NCBI GenBank assembly: GCA_963828465.1
Contig: CAWHEU010000011.1
Coordinates: 1-49,095 of the forward strand
DNA length: 49,095 nucleotides
Source of the DNA: an uncultured Acidobacteriota bacterium
GTDB lineage: Bacteria > Actinomycetota > Acidimicrobiia > Spongiisociales > ZC4RG35
Direction: 5' to 3'
How positions within the stretch are numbered: the stretch's first letter is position 1; each line of letters opens with the position of its first letter. Under the pieces are notes generated by a model. The model saw only the letters and a list, made by a program, of their open reading frames with translations, was not told the DNA's origin and ran no database searches. This document shows positions 20,658 to 29,455 of this stretch, in pieces. The position numbers were made by a program, and so were the translations under genes.

Positions 20658-22484
20658 GTGTTCGACCGACCAAAACCATCGGAGATCCCGGACCAACCCG
20701 GCGCCTACATCTTCCGTGACAAGCACGGAAAAGTGATCTACGTCGGCAAGGCTGAGAGCCTGCGAGGCCGCGTGCCGTCCTACTTCGGCGTGGGGCTTCA
20801 CCCGCGTACCCAGGCCATGGTCGACAACGCCCAATCGGTCGAGTGGATAATCACCGAGTCCGAAGTCGCTGCGTTAATGCTCGAGTTCTCACTGATCAAG
20901 AGGCATCGTCCTCGCTTCAACATCAAGCTCGTCGACGACAAGTCGTATCCCTACTTGGCCATCACCCGGAGCGACGAATGGCCCCGCGCCAGGGTCATGC
21001 GCGGTGCCAAGCGGAAGGGCAACGAGTACTTCGGACCGTACGCCCACACCTACGCCATCCGCAAGACCCTGGACCAACTCCTCCGAACCTTCCCGGTCCG
21101 CACCTGCACGGACTCGCTCTTCGGCCGTCAGCAGGCCCAGGGACGACCTTGTCTCCTCTATCACATCGAGAAATGCTCCGGCCCCTGCATCGATGCCGTC
21201 ACCACCGAGGACTACCAACAGATGGTCGACGGGCTCGCTGCATTCCTGCGGGGGGACACCGACCTGGTCCTGACCGATCTCCAGGTCCGCATGTGGGAAG
21301 CGTCGGAGCGACAGGAGTTCGAGCTCGCCGCCCGGCACCGTGACCGGATCGAAGACGTACGTCGAGCCCTTCTCCGACAGGACGTGGTTTCGGATCGCCC
21401 CGAGGACTTCGACCTCATCGCATTCCATGGAGACGACCTCGAGTCGGCATTTCAGATCCTCCACGTCAGGAAGGGACGACTCGTCGGACGGTTGGGCACC
21501 GTCGTCGATCGGGTCGAGGAAGTGACCGATGCCGAGCTCATGGGGCGGGTCATCAGACAGCTCTATGGGGAGGACGACCCTCCTCGCCAGGTCCTGGTCG
21601 AGATCGAACCTGCCGAGAAGGACTTGCTTCAGGAGTGGTTGGCCGAGCGGAGGGGAACCAAGGTCAGCCTCCGGGTGCCGACCAGGGGCTCGAAGCGACG
21701 TTTAATGGAGACGACCGCGACCAACGCCGCCGAGGCCTTCGCCCGGCACCGGCTGAAGCGCAGTCAGGACCACAACGCGAGAGCCAAGGCCCTTCGATCG
21801 CTCCAGGACGTCCTCGACCTGCCCGAGCCACCCCTCCGCATCGAGGCGTTCGACATATCGACGCTGCAGGGGACGAACACCGTCGCGTCGATGGTCGTGC
21901 TCGAGGACGGCCTGCCGAAGAGGTCGGACTACCGGAGGTTCAAGATCCGAACCATCCAGGGCCAGGACGACTTCGCCGCCATGGAAGAGACCATTCGCCG
22001 CCGCTTCCGCGCGTTCTTGGCGGAGAGGGACCGGAATGTGGCCGAACAGGGCAGGTTCTCCTATCCACCGTCGCTGGTACTCGTGGACGGGGGAGCAGGC
22101 CAGCTGGGCCGGGCGGTGAAGGTCCTCGACGAGCTCGAGATCGACATACCGGCGATCGGCCTCGCCAAGCGGATGGAGGAGGTGTACCTACCCGGGCAAC
22201 CCGAGCCGGTGCGGATCCCCCGGGATGCCGAGGCGTTATATCTGCTGCAGCAGGTGCGGGACGAGGCCCATCGCTTCGCCATCACCTACCACCGCCAACT
22301 TCGCTCGAAGTCGATGGTCGACTCGATTCTCGATGAGGTCCCCGGGATCGGCCCGAAGCGGAAGAAGGACCTCTTGAAGCGATTTGGTTCGTTGAAGAAA
22401 TTGAGGGAGGTACAGGCGGATTCCTTGGCCGAGGTGGTGCCAAGGAACGTCGCCGACGATCTGTACGCTGCACTGCACACCTGA
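20658..22484 (+). CDS. uvrC: Excinuclease ABC subunit C
   Basis: GIY-YIG (PGAY...IYVGKA), DDKSYPY, RIEAFDIS, VDGG, RDEAHRFA and HhH motifs. Confidence 0.99.
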   Translation: MFDRPKPSEIPDQPGAYIFRDKHGKVIYVGKAESLRGRVPSYFGVGLHPRTQAMVDNAQSVEWIITESEVAALMLEFSLIKRHRPRFNIKLVDDKSYPYLAITRSDEWPRARVMRGAKRKGNEYFGPYAHTYAIRKTLDQLLRTFPVRTCTDSLFGRQQAQGRPCLLYHIEKCSGPCIDAVTTEDYQQMVDGLAAFLRGDTDLVLTDLQVRMWEASERQEFELAARHRDRIEDVRRALLRQDVVSDRPEDFDLIAFHGDDLESAFQILHVRKGRLVGRLGTVVDRVEEVTDAELMGRVIRQLYGEDDPPRQVLVEIEPAEKDLLQEWLAERRGTKVSLRVPTRGSKRRLMETTATNAAEAFARHRLKRSQDHNARAKALRSLQDVLDLPEPPLRIEAFDISTLQGTNTVASMVVLEDGLPKRSDYRRFKIRTIQGQDDFAAMEETIRRRFRAFLAERDRNVAEQGRFSYPPSLVLVDGGAGQLGRAVKVLDELEIDIPAIGLAKRMEEVYLPGQPEPVRIPRDAEALYLLQQVRDEAHRFAITYHRQLRSKSMVDSILDEVPGIGPKRKKDLLKRFGSLKKLREVQADSLAEVVPRNVADDLYAALHT

Positions 22485-22496
22485 TCGAGAGCACCG

Positions 22497-23369
22497 ATGG
22501 AGCGTCCCGCAACCGATCATCCTCACGTTCTCGTGGTTACGGGCATGTCGGGCGCCGGTCGATCGTCGGCCGCCAAGATCCTGGAAGACCTCGGTTATAC
22601 GGTCATCGACAATCTGCCTCCGAGGCTGCTCGTCCCGGCAGCCCAGTCCCATGACATTCCCGAGCGCCACAAGCATCTCGCCGTGGTCATTGATTCCAGG
22701 GGAGGTCTCCCCATTTCGGAGTTGCGTGGCGCGGTCAAGGAGCTGAGTCGGGAGGGCGTGATGACCAGGGTCGTGTTCCTCGATGCGGAGGACGACGTCA
22801 TCGTGTCCCGCTACGAGGAAAACAAACGTCCCCATCCACTCGGTCACGCAACCATTTCCGAGTCGATCGTGGCCGAGCGAGAGCTGCTCGCTGACCTCCG
22901 CGAAGAAGCCGATGTCATCGTCGACACCTCGTCGCTCAACATTCACGAGCTGCGTGAGCGGCTCACGACCCAGTTCAGCGAGGAGGAGATGGCCCGTCCG
23001 ATGCGCGTGTCTATTCGCTCCTTCGGCTTCAAGAATGGGACGCCACGTGACATCGACCTCCTCTTCGACGTCAGATTCCTTCCCAATCCCCACTGGGTGG
23101 CGGAGCTACGGCCACTGCGAGGGACCGACGAGCGCGTTGCCGAATATGTGATGAGCGAAGACGCGGCCAAGGAATTCGTCGATCGCGCCGACGAGATGCT
23201 GGCCTTTCTCATCCCGCATTTCGAGGCGGAGGGCAAGTCGTACCTGTCGGTGGGCATCGGCTGCACCGGTGGGCATCATCGCTCCGTGGCGATTGCTGAG
23301 GAGCTGGGTCGCCGGCTGGCTCAGCACGGGATAACCGCCTCGGTCCGACACCGCGACATCGAGCGATGA
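22497..23369 (+). CDS. rapZ: RNase adapter RapZ-like P-loop protein
   Basis: TGMSGAGRS, IDNLPP, SFGFK, DVRFLPNPHW, GCTGGHHRSV; follows uvrC. Confidence 0.95.
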   Translation: MERPATDHPHVLVVTGMSGAGRSSAAKILEDLGYTVIDNLPPRLLVPAAQSHDIPERHKHLAVVIDSRGGLPISELRGAVKELSREGVMTRVVFLDAEDDVIVSRYEENKRPHPLGHATISESIVAERELLADLREEADVIVDTSSLNIHELRERLTTQFSEEEMARPMRVSIRSFGFKNGTPRDIDLLFDVRFLPNPHWVAELRPLRGTDERVAEYVMSEDAAKEFVDRADEMLAFLIPHFEAEGKSYLSVGIGCTGGHHRSVAIAEELGRRLAQHGITASVRHRDIER

Positions 23370-24343
23370 AACCGCAGACCCAGACCGAGACGGCGCTGGC
23401 TCCTCTCCTCCTCGATCCGGAGGGACCGGTTGTGACTGCCTTGGGAGGCGGCCACGGCCAGGCGGCCGCACTCGAGGCCATTCAGTGTTATGCCGGGGAT
23501 ATATCGGCGCTCGTGGCGGTGGGTGACGACGGAGGGTCATCAGGCAGGCTGAGCGGTTTGGGGATCCCACCCCCCGGTGACGTGCGCCGCTGTCTGCTGG
23601 CCCTCACTCCTGAGCCTTCCCTGTGGTCTGAGCTCTTCTCGCACCGGTTCACCGGTGGCGACGTGGCCGAGCACTCTCTGGGCAACCTGATCCTGGCCGG
23701 TCTCGCCGACTTGTTCGGGGACTTCGAATCGGCGGTTTCCACGGCGGAGCGGATGTTGGGGACCGTGGGTTCGGTGATCCCGGTGGCCGATCAGCCGATC
23801 ACGCTCACGGCGACGATCGATGGGCTGGAGGTTGTCGGGCAGAAGAGGATCTCGCAGACCGCCGGCGAGCTGACCGAGCTCCATATCGAACCGAGAGATG
23901 TCGTGGCCACCCAGCGGGCCCTTGCCGCTGTCGCCGCCGCCGACCAGATCGTGATCGGGCCGGGAAGCCTCTACACATCGATCCTCTCGGCTCTCAAGGT
24001 CAACATGCTGGCCCCGGCAATCATGGGAGCGGCTGCTCAGCGGGTGTTCGTCCTGAATCTGGTCACCCAGGATGCAGAGACCTTCGGTGTAAGCGGTGCA
24101 GAGCACCTCGAAGCGCTCGCCAAGCATGTCGGGGTCACTGGCCCGGGGATCGTCGTGGCCCACGACGGGCGACTCGCAATCCCGGAGGGGCACGAACGCG
24201 TAGTGATCGAGACCGAGGATGCGGCTCGTCACGGCTGGCGTGTCGTCTTTGCAGATTTGGCCGATGAGGGGGCAGACTGGCCGGAGCACGACCCACTGAA
24301 GCTGGGCAGAGTGCTGGAGACACTGGCCGTCACCGAGGACTGA
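23366..24343 (+). CDS. yvcK: YvcK/GlmR (CofD-like) UDP-GlcNAc-binding protein
   Basis: GGGHG, DDGGSSG, PPGDVR, HSLGNL, GPGSLYTS. Confidence 0.92.
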   Translation: MKPQTQTETALAPLLLDPEGPVVTALGGGHGQAAALEAIQCYAGDISALVAVGDDGGSSGRLSGLGIPPPGDVRRCLLALTPEPSLWSELFSHRFTGGDVAEHSLGNLILAGLADLFGDFESAVSTAERMLGTVGSVIPVADQPITLTATIDGLEVVGQKRISQTAGELTELHIEPRDVVATQRALAAVAAADQIVIGPGSLYTSILSALKVNMLAPAIMGAAAQRVFVLNLVTQDAETFGVSGAEHLEALAKHVGVTGPGIVVAHDGRLAIPEGHERVVIETEDAARHGWRVVFADLADEGADWPEHDPLKLGRVLETLAVTED

Positions 24344-24348
24344 ACCAC

Positions 24349-25497
24349 ATGCCCCAATACCTGACCCTCGACGACGTGGACGTCAGCGGCCTCGATGTCC
24401 TGGTGCGGTCAGACCTGAATGTTCCCATGGAGGATGGAGTCATAACAGATGACTTCAGGATCAGGGCGGCTCTGCCCACCTTGGAGCGTCTCGTCGATTC
24501 CGGTGCCCTGGTGCGTGTCTGCTCTCATCTCGGCCGCCCGGAAGGACCCGATCCCGCCTTCTCGCTTCGCCCGGTGGCAGACGCGATGGCCAGGCTCGCC
24601 TCGAAGGAGGTCGGGTTCGAGAGCGGTGGCCAGATCACCGTCCTCGAGAACACCCGTTTCGACCCGGGGGAGACGAACAACGACCCAGCCACGGCTGCCC
24701 GTCTCGCCGAAGGCGTCGGCGTCTTCGTCCAGGATGCCTTTGGCTCGGTGCATCGGGCACATGTCTCCACGGTCGGGGTGGCCGAGCTGGTGAAGTCGGT
24801 CGCCGGGCCGCTCCTGGTCGACGAACTCACCGCGTTGAAGCAGTTCGTGGTCGACCCCAAGGTGCCTTATGTCGTAGTCCTGGGAGGGGCCAAGGTCTCT
24901 GACAAGCTTGGAGTTATCGAGAACCTGCTCCCCAAGGTCGATGTGATGCTGATCGGAGGGGCGATGTGCTTCACCATCCTCAAGGCCAAGGGTGAGGAGG
25001 TGGGCACGTCACTGGTGGAAGATGATCAGATCGAGGCGGTGAAGCGGATCCTCGATGGGCCTCATTCGGAGAGGTTGATACTCCCGATCGACGCGGTCAT
25101 CGCCAAGGAGTTCGCCGAGGGCGCCGAGCACAAGGAGACATATGTCAAGGAGATCCCACCGGGATGGATGGGCCTCGACGTGGGCCGGGAGACGAACCAG
25201 CTCTTCGCGTCGGTGATCCGCACCGCGGAGACCGTGTTCTGGAACGGGCCCATGGGTGTGTTCGAATGGGAGCCCTTCAGGTCCGGAACCGAGGCGATAG
25301 CCCGGGCCGTGGCGGAGGCGACTGCATTCACCGCTGTGGGAGGCGGCGACTCGGTGGCTGCCGTGCGATCCCTGGGCCTCGAATCCGAGATATCGCACGT
25401 GTCGACGGGTGGGGGAGCGGGTCTGGAACTTCTGGAGGGTCGTGAGCTTCCCGGCGTGAAGGTGCTCGAGCAATGGGCCGGCGGTCGGAATGCCTGA
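24349..25497 (+). CDS. pgk: Phosphoglycerate kinase
   Basis: RSDLNVP, SHLGRP, LENTRF, GGAKVSDK, WNGPMGVFE, VSTGGGA. Confidence 0.98.
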   Translation: MPQYLTLDDVDVSGLDVLVRSDLNVPMEDGVITDDFRIRAALPTLERLVDSGALVRVCSHLGRPEGPDPAFSLRPVADAMARLASKEVGFESGGQITVLENTRFDPGETNNDPATAARLAEGVGVFVQDAFGSVHRAHVSTVGVAELVKSVAGPLLVDELTALKQFVVDPKVPYVVVLGGAKVSDKLGVIENLLPKVDVMLIGGAMCFTILKAKGEEVGTSLVEDDQIEAVKRILDGPHSERLILPIDAVIAKEFAEGAEHKETYVKEIPPGWMGLDVGRETNQLFASVIRTAETVFWNGPMGVFEWEPFRSGTEAIARAVAEATAFTAVGGGDSVAAVRSLGLESEISHVSTGGGAGLELLEGRELPGVKVLEQWAGGRNA

Positions 25498-26263
25498 TCG
25501 CAAGAGCCTCATCGTCGGCAACTGGAAGATGAACGCCACACATCTCGAGGCGATCCAAATGATCCAGAAGCTCTCTTACCGTTTGGAGGTGAAGGACTAC
25601 GACCGGGTGGAAGTCGTGGTGGCACCGCCTTTCACCTCACTCCGATCGGTACAGACGGTGATCGAGGCAGACCGACTTTGGTTTGGTCTGGGGGCACAGA
25701 ACGTCCATTGGGAGGAGTCGGGGGCTTTCACCGGCGAGATCTCGCCTCTGATGCTGGCCAAGCTCTCGGTAGGTCATGTGATCGTTGGCCATTCCGAGCG
25801 CCGTCAGGGTTTTGGGGAGACCAACGAGATGGTGGCGAAGAAGGCCAGGGCGGTGGCAAATGCCGGAATGCGCCCCATTGTCTGCGTCGGCGAGACCCTC
25901 GAACAACGCGAGGGGGGCGAGGCGGAGCAGGTTGTCGTATCCCAGGTCGTCGCCTCACTGGCCCGCCTCGATCCTGAAGCACTGGGCTCTTCGGCGATCG
26001 CCTACGAACCGATATGGGCCATCGGCACGGGCCGCACCGCACTGCCCGACGACGCCGGCACGATGGCCGGGATCATCAGGGAGACGGTCTCCAACAAGAT
26101 TTCGTCAGACGTCGCCGAGGGCGTTCGGATTCTCTATGGCGGATCGGTGAACGCAGCCAACATCAAGGACTTCATGGCGAAGTCGGACGTCGACGGCGCC
26201 CTGGTCGGCGGTGCTTCTCTCGATCCCGACAGCTTCGCCGCCATTGTCCGGTATTGGGTATGA
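25490..26263 (+). CDS. tpiA: Triosephosphate isomerase
   Basis: [34 protein letters not shown]. Confidence 0.99.
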   Translation: MPDRKSLIVGNWKMNATHLEAIQMIQKLSYRLEVKDYDRVEVVVAPPFTSLRSVQTVIEADRLWFGLGAQNVHWEESGAFTGEISPLMLAKLSVGHVIVGHSERRQGFGETNEMVAKKARAVANAGMRPIVCVGETLEQREGGEAEQVVVSQVVASLARLDPEALGSSAIAYEPIWAIGTGRTALPDDAGTMAGIIRETVSNKISSDVAEGVRILYGGSVNAANIKDFMAKSDVDGALVGGASLDPDSFAAIVRYWV

Positions 26264-27003
26264 CGCACCGACTGATCCTGCTCAGGCACGGGCAGTCGAC
26301 CTGGAACCTGGAGAACCTGTTCACCGGCTGGACCGATGTCGGCCTGACGGAACAGGGCGAGCAGGAAGCCCGGGAGGCGGGCCGGGTAATCGTCAAGGAA
26401 GGGCTCGATCCCGACATCCTCCACACCTCCGTGTTGGTGCGGGCGATCAGCACTGCGGAGCTGACTCTCGAGGAGATGGGGACGCAGTACCTCCCGGTGC
26501 GTCGGTCCTGGCGTCTCAACGAGCGCCACTACGGCGCCTTGCAGGGTCTCAACAAGAAGGAGACCGCCGATCAACATGGAGCCGAGCAAGTTCTGCTTTG
26601 GCGTCGCAGCTATGACGTCCCACCTCCAGCGCTCGACCCCGCTGACGAGCGCCATCCCCGCCACGATCCTCGATATAGGGACCTACCTCCCGATCTGCTC
26701 CCCGCCACCGAGTGTCTGAAGGACGTGGTGGTCCGAATGCTGCCGTACTGGCACGACACGATCGTTCCCGATCTGCTGGCCGGCCGAGAGCCCCTGGTGG
26801 TTGCCCACGGCAACTCGATCCGTGCCTTGGTCAAGCATCTGGACGGGATCAGCGACGAGGAGATCGTCGATCTCAACATCCCCACCGGCGTCCCGCTCCT
26901 CTACGAGCTGGACGACTCCTTCTCGCCGATGTCGAGCCGCTACCTCGGAAATCCGGAGGCGGCCAAGGCGGCGGCCGAAGAGGTGGCCCGCCAGGCCGGG
27001 TAG
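26260..27003 (+). CDS. gpmA: 2,3-bisphosphoglycerate-dependent phosphoglycerate mutase
   Basis: [33 protein letters not shown]; ATGA overlap with tpiA. Confidence 0.97.
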   Translation: MTHRLILLRHGQSTWNLENLFTGWTDVGLTEQGEQEAREAGRVIVKEGLDPDILHTSVLVRAISTAELTLEEMGTQYLPVRRSWRLNERHYGALQGLNKKETADQHGAEQVLLWRRSYDVPPPALDPADERHPRHDPRYRDLPPDLLPATECLKDVVVRMLPYWHDTIVPDLLAGREPLVVAHGNSIRALVKHLDGISDEEIVDLNIPTGVPLLYELDDSFSPMSSRYLGNPEAAKAAAEEVARQAG

Positions 27004-27020
27004 GTGAAGCGGACGGTGGC

Positions 27021-27029
27021 TGGTACAAT
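27021..27029 (+). promoter_or_regulatory. Extended -10 (TGn-TACAAT) upstream of secG
   Basis: TGGTACAAT about 50 nt before the secG ATG. Confidence 0.5.
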
Positions 27030-27078
27030 CCGCTGCGCACGGGCATCCGTGTAATCCCTCAATCTCATCAGGCAGGCA

Positions 27079-27321
27079 ATGACTGTCGTCGAAGCAATCG
27101 CAATCGTCATCCACATCATCCTCTCGCTGGCCGTGGTGGCGCTGGTCCTTCTCCATTCGGGCAAGGGCGGCGGCCTCTCGGACGTGTTTGGTGGCGGCAT
27201 GTCGACTTCCAGCCTCGGCGGCAGCACTGTTGTCGAGCGGAACCTCGACCGACTCACCGTGATCGTCGGGGTCCTTTTTGGAATCAGCACCTTCGGGCTG
27301 ACCATCCTCTTGAACAACTGA
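27079..27321 (+). CDS. secG: Preprotein translocase subunit SecG
   Basis: LLHSGKGGGLSDVFGGG and ERNLDRLT; two TM helices; followed by tRNA-Leu. Confidence 0.96.
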   Translation: MTVVEAIAIVIHIILSLAVVALVLLHSGKGGGLSDVFGGGMSTSSLGGSTVVERNLDRLTVIVGVLFGISTFGLTILLNN

Positions 27322-27345
27322 CCGGCGTAGACTCGCCCGGCTTCA

Positions 27346-27432
27346 GTCGGAGTGGCGGAATTGGTAGACGCGCCAGGTTGAGGGCCTGGTGGGGTATTAC
27401 TCCCCGTGGAGGTTCGAGTCCTCTCTCCGACA
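27346..27432 (+). tRNA. tRNA-Leu(GAG)
   Basis: Acceptor GTCGGAG/CTCCGAC, D-arm GCGGAATTGGTAGACGC, anticodon stem CCAGG/CCTGG with loop TTGAGGG, long variable arm, T-loop TTCGAGT. CCA is not encoded. Confidence 0.96.
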
Positions 27433-27450
27433 CTGGACTACCGAGGCAAA

Positions 27451-27487
27451 CCCCGTGGAGGTTCGAGTCCTCTCACCGACACCGGAC
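27451..27487 (+). repeat. Tandem copy of the tRNA-Leu 3' end (att-like)
   Basis: 35/37 match to 27402-27438, separated from it by 12 nt. Confidence 0.9.
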
Positions 27488-27554
27488 CTAACTCCACGCG
27501 GCGAGGCTTCGACTACGACTCTGCCGTCGGGGTAGTAGGGCATGCCCCCTCCCT

Positions 27555-28850
27555 TCAGGTCATGGCAGCCCGCAGGGTTTCCAGGGCATCTCGCTCGGCG
27601 TCGGCGGCTGCTTTGATCGCCTCGGAGAGGTTGGAGAACAGGTCGGCCATCTCGTCTGGGCCGATGCGGTCGGGTGCGCCGAGAGCACTGGCGATCCCTT
27701 CCGCTGCTTTGGCAGCCGCGTCGTCGGCGATGTCGCCCCGCTCGACGGCATCGCGGCGTACCCGACTCAGTCGGGACGCCTCATCCACGGCCGGAACGGA
27801 GCGGCACACCGCGGCAACGTCAAGCCAACGCTCTGCCGCAACCACGTATGCGCTGACGGGCTCGGACAGGTCGATGTCTATGAGTTTCCCGGCATGACCG
27901 AGGAAATCGGCGTACAGACGTCGCAGGCTTCCTCCGAACAGGCCCCGGTCATCGACCTGATCGCCGACTGAGACCAACGTATCGACGAGACCGACGCCAT
28001 CCGCGAAGACCTTGGACCAGGATTTTGTGTTCTTGGTGTCGATAAGCATCTTGGCCCACTTGTCGAAAGCGGGCAGCGAGAACGAGGCTGACTTCTCACT
28101 CAGATGTGCCAACTGCTCCTCGAGACCGGCTCGCGCCCCAGCCACAAGCTGTTCCTCGTCAAGCTCGGAGGCGGCCGCATCGGCGACGACAAGGCGGTTC
28201 TTGTACGACGGAATGCGTGATCTGGCTGCGGCAAGATCGTCTGCTCCGATGGTGAGCCGTCCCGTGTTCCGGTCATCAACCAGGTAGCGATCGTCCTCGA
28301 TGCCGTAGACGGTGATGGGGTAGCCCCACCATCCGGATTGCTCCGCTGGAAGATGCCAGTAGGGCAGGTCGGCTACCGATACAAACGCTATCGCCGGGAT
28401 GCCATCGTCGAGGGCCTGGTCGAGAAGGTCCCGGGCCTTGGCGGTGCTTGAGGTCTCGTGTACCTGGACGGCCACGCCGAGGCGTTGGCATACCTTGGCG
28501 TACCACCTGTCGGGGTACTGCCACTGGTTGCGGAACCCGAGCGTCACCACCTTGCGATCGGTGCCTTTCGTGGCGTTGAACTCCCACAGGATGTACCCGG
28601 CCCCGAGGCCACCACCCACACCCAGCACCAGCCCCTCAGAGATCGGCTGTCCGGTGACAGGATCGACGATCCCACGGTTGGCGAAGGCGTTCGCACACGC
28701 CGACGTTTCGGCATCGGCTCCTCCCCGGAGCTCGTACTCGGAACTCGGGCGAGCGTTGAGAACATGCCGGCGGGCAACCATGTATTTCTCGTCGGTGCGG
28801 TCCATACGAGAGCGGATCAGGGACTTGAGCTGCCTCTGACGGGTCATCAT
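27555..28850 (-). CDS. BtrH N-terminal/DUF4872-like protein with a basic N-terminal peptide
   Basis: SEGLVLGVGGGLGAGYILWEF, DLPYW and GGSLRRLYADFL segments resemble this family; AGAGGAG SD. Confidence 0.65.
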   Translation of the reverse strand: MMTRQRQLKSLIRSRMDRTDEKYMVARRHVLNARPSSEYELRGGADAETSACANAFANRGIVDPVTGQPISEGLVLGVGGGLGAGYILWEFNATKGTDRKVVTLGFRNQWQYPDRWYAKVCQRLGVAVQVHETSSTAKARDLLDQALDDGIPAIAFVSVADLPYWHLPAEQSGWWGYPITVYGIEDDRYLVDDRNTGRLTIGADDLAAARSRIPSYKNRLVVADAAASELDEEQLVAGARAGLEEQLAHLSEKSASFSLPAFDKWAKMLIDTKNTKSWSKVFADGVGLVDTLVSVGDQVDDRGLFGGSLRRLYADFLGHAGKLIDIDLSEPVSAYVVAAERWLDVAAVCRSVPAVDEASRLSRVRRDAVERGDIADDAAAKAAEGIASALGAPDRIGPDEMADLFSNLSEAIKAAADAERDALETLRAAMT

Positions 28851-29027
28851 TGTCTCCTCTGCGCGTCAATCCCCAGGGGAGACCCGTGCTCTCTCGACCG
28901 GGGAAAGACACGTCGACAATGCGATCGTCAAGTCCTTCCGACCGCCGATGACATCCGGTCACCTTCCCCCGCGCCATGTCGGATCGCATGGGAACCCGAT
29001 CAGCGAGTGAGGCGAGGCGGCTCGCCA
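28851..29027 (-). ncRNA. Candidate structured 5' leader RNA (~177 nt)
   Basis: Lies between a TATGAT -10 (29039-29034) and the SD/ATG; several hairpins plus a long-range GGGGGAAG/CUUUCCCC pairing. Confidence 0.5.
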
Positions 29028-29154
29028 ACGAGCATCATACGCAAACTGCCCAATTCGCGCGAGGCGCGTCCACAACGGATCCGAATTCACCAAACTCTGC
29101 GGGGCCTACCGCTTTCTCACCAAGGTCCACCACCCGCAGCCGAGCGAGGCCGAC

Positions 29155-29310
29155 TCAGCTTGGAGGCAGGACCAACGTCGCACCCGGCTCGCACACCACC
29201 CGGGACATGATGTCCCGGCACCCATGGAGGCTGCTGGACAGAGTCATCGATGTGAACAGGACCATGGCCAGGAACACAGCCAGCCCCAGGAACGCCGCTC
29301 TCCTCCCCAT
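29155..29310 (-). CDS. 51-aa putative secreted or membrane-anchored peptide with two Cys
   Basis: MGRRAAFLGLAVFLAMVLFTSMTLSSSLHGCRDIMSRVVCEPGATLVLPPS; basic N-terminus plus hydrophobic core. GCCGATAA lies 30 nt upstream. Confidence 0.45.
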   Translation of the reverse strand: MGRRAAFLGLAVFLAMVLFTSMTLSSSLHGCRDIMSRVVCEPGATLVLPPS

Positions 29311-29455
29311 CGGTCTTCATTAGTAGTCGGTGACCCGCCATTATCGGCCATCCTGGCCGCGTCATTCCCGACCATCGGGGGCGGACTAGTCCAATTCGGC
29401 TACTGATTCCGGCCATCGCTGCCGATGAATCGTGAGTCGCCGCCAAGGGAGCAGC

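Noticed and set aside
26014-26259. Upstream extensions in the ORF track for gpmA (also paralog 2, the MOSC gene, trmI and tatC)
   Set aside because: They overlap the upstream genes. Stop/start-coupled codons give better starts.
27402-27487. Possible mini CRISPR array
   Set aside because: There are only two units, the repeat is the tRNA 3' end, the spacer is 12 nt and no cas genes are present.
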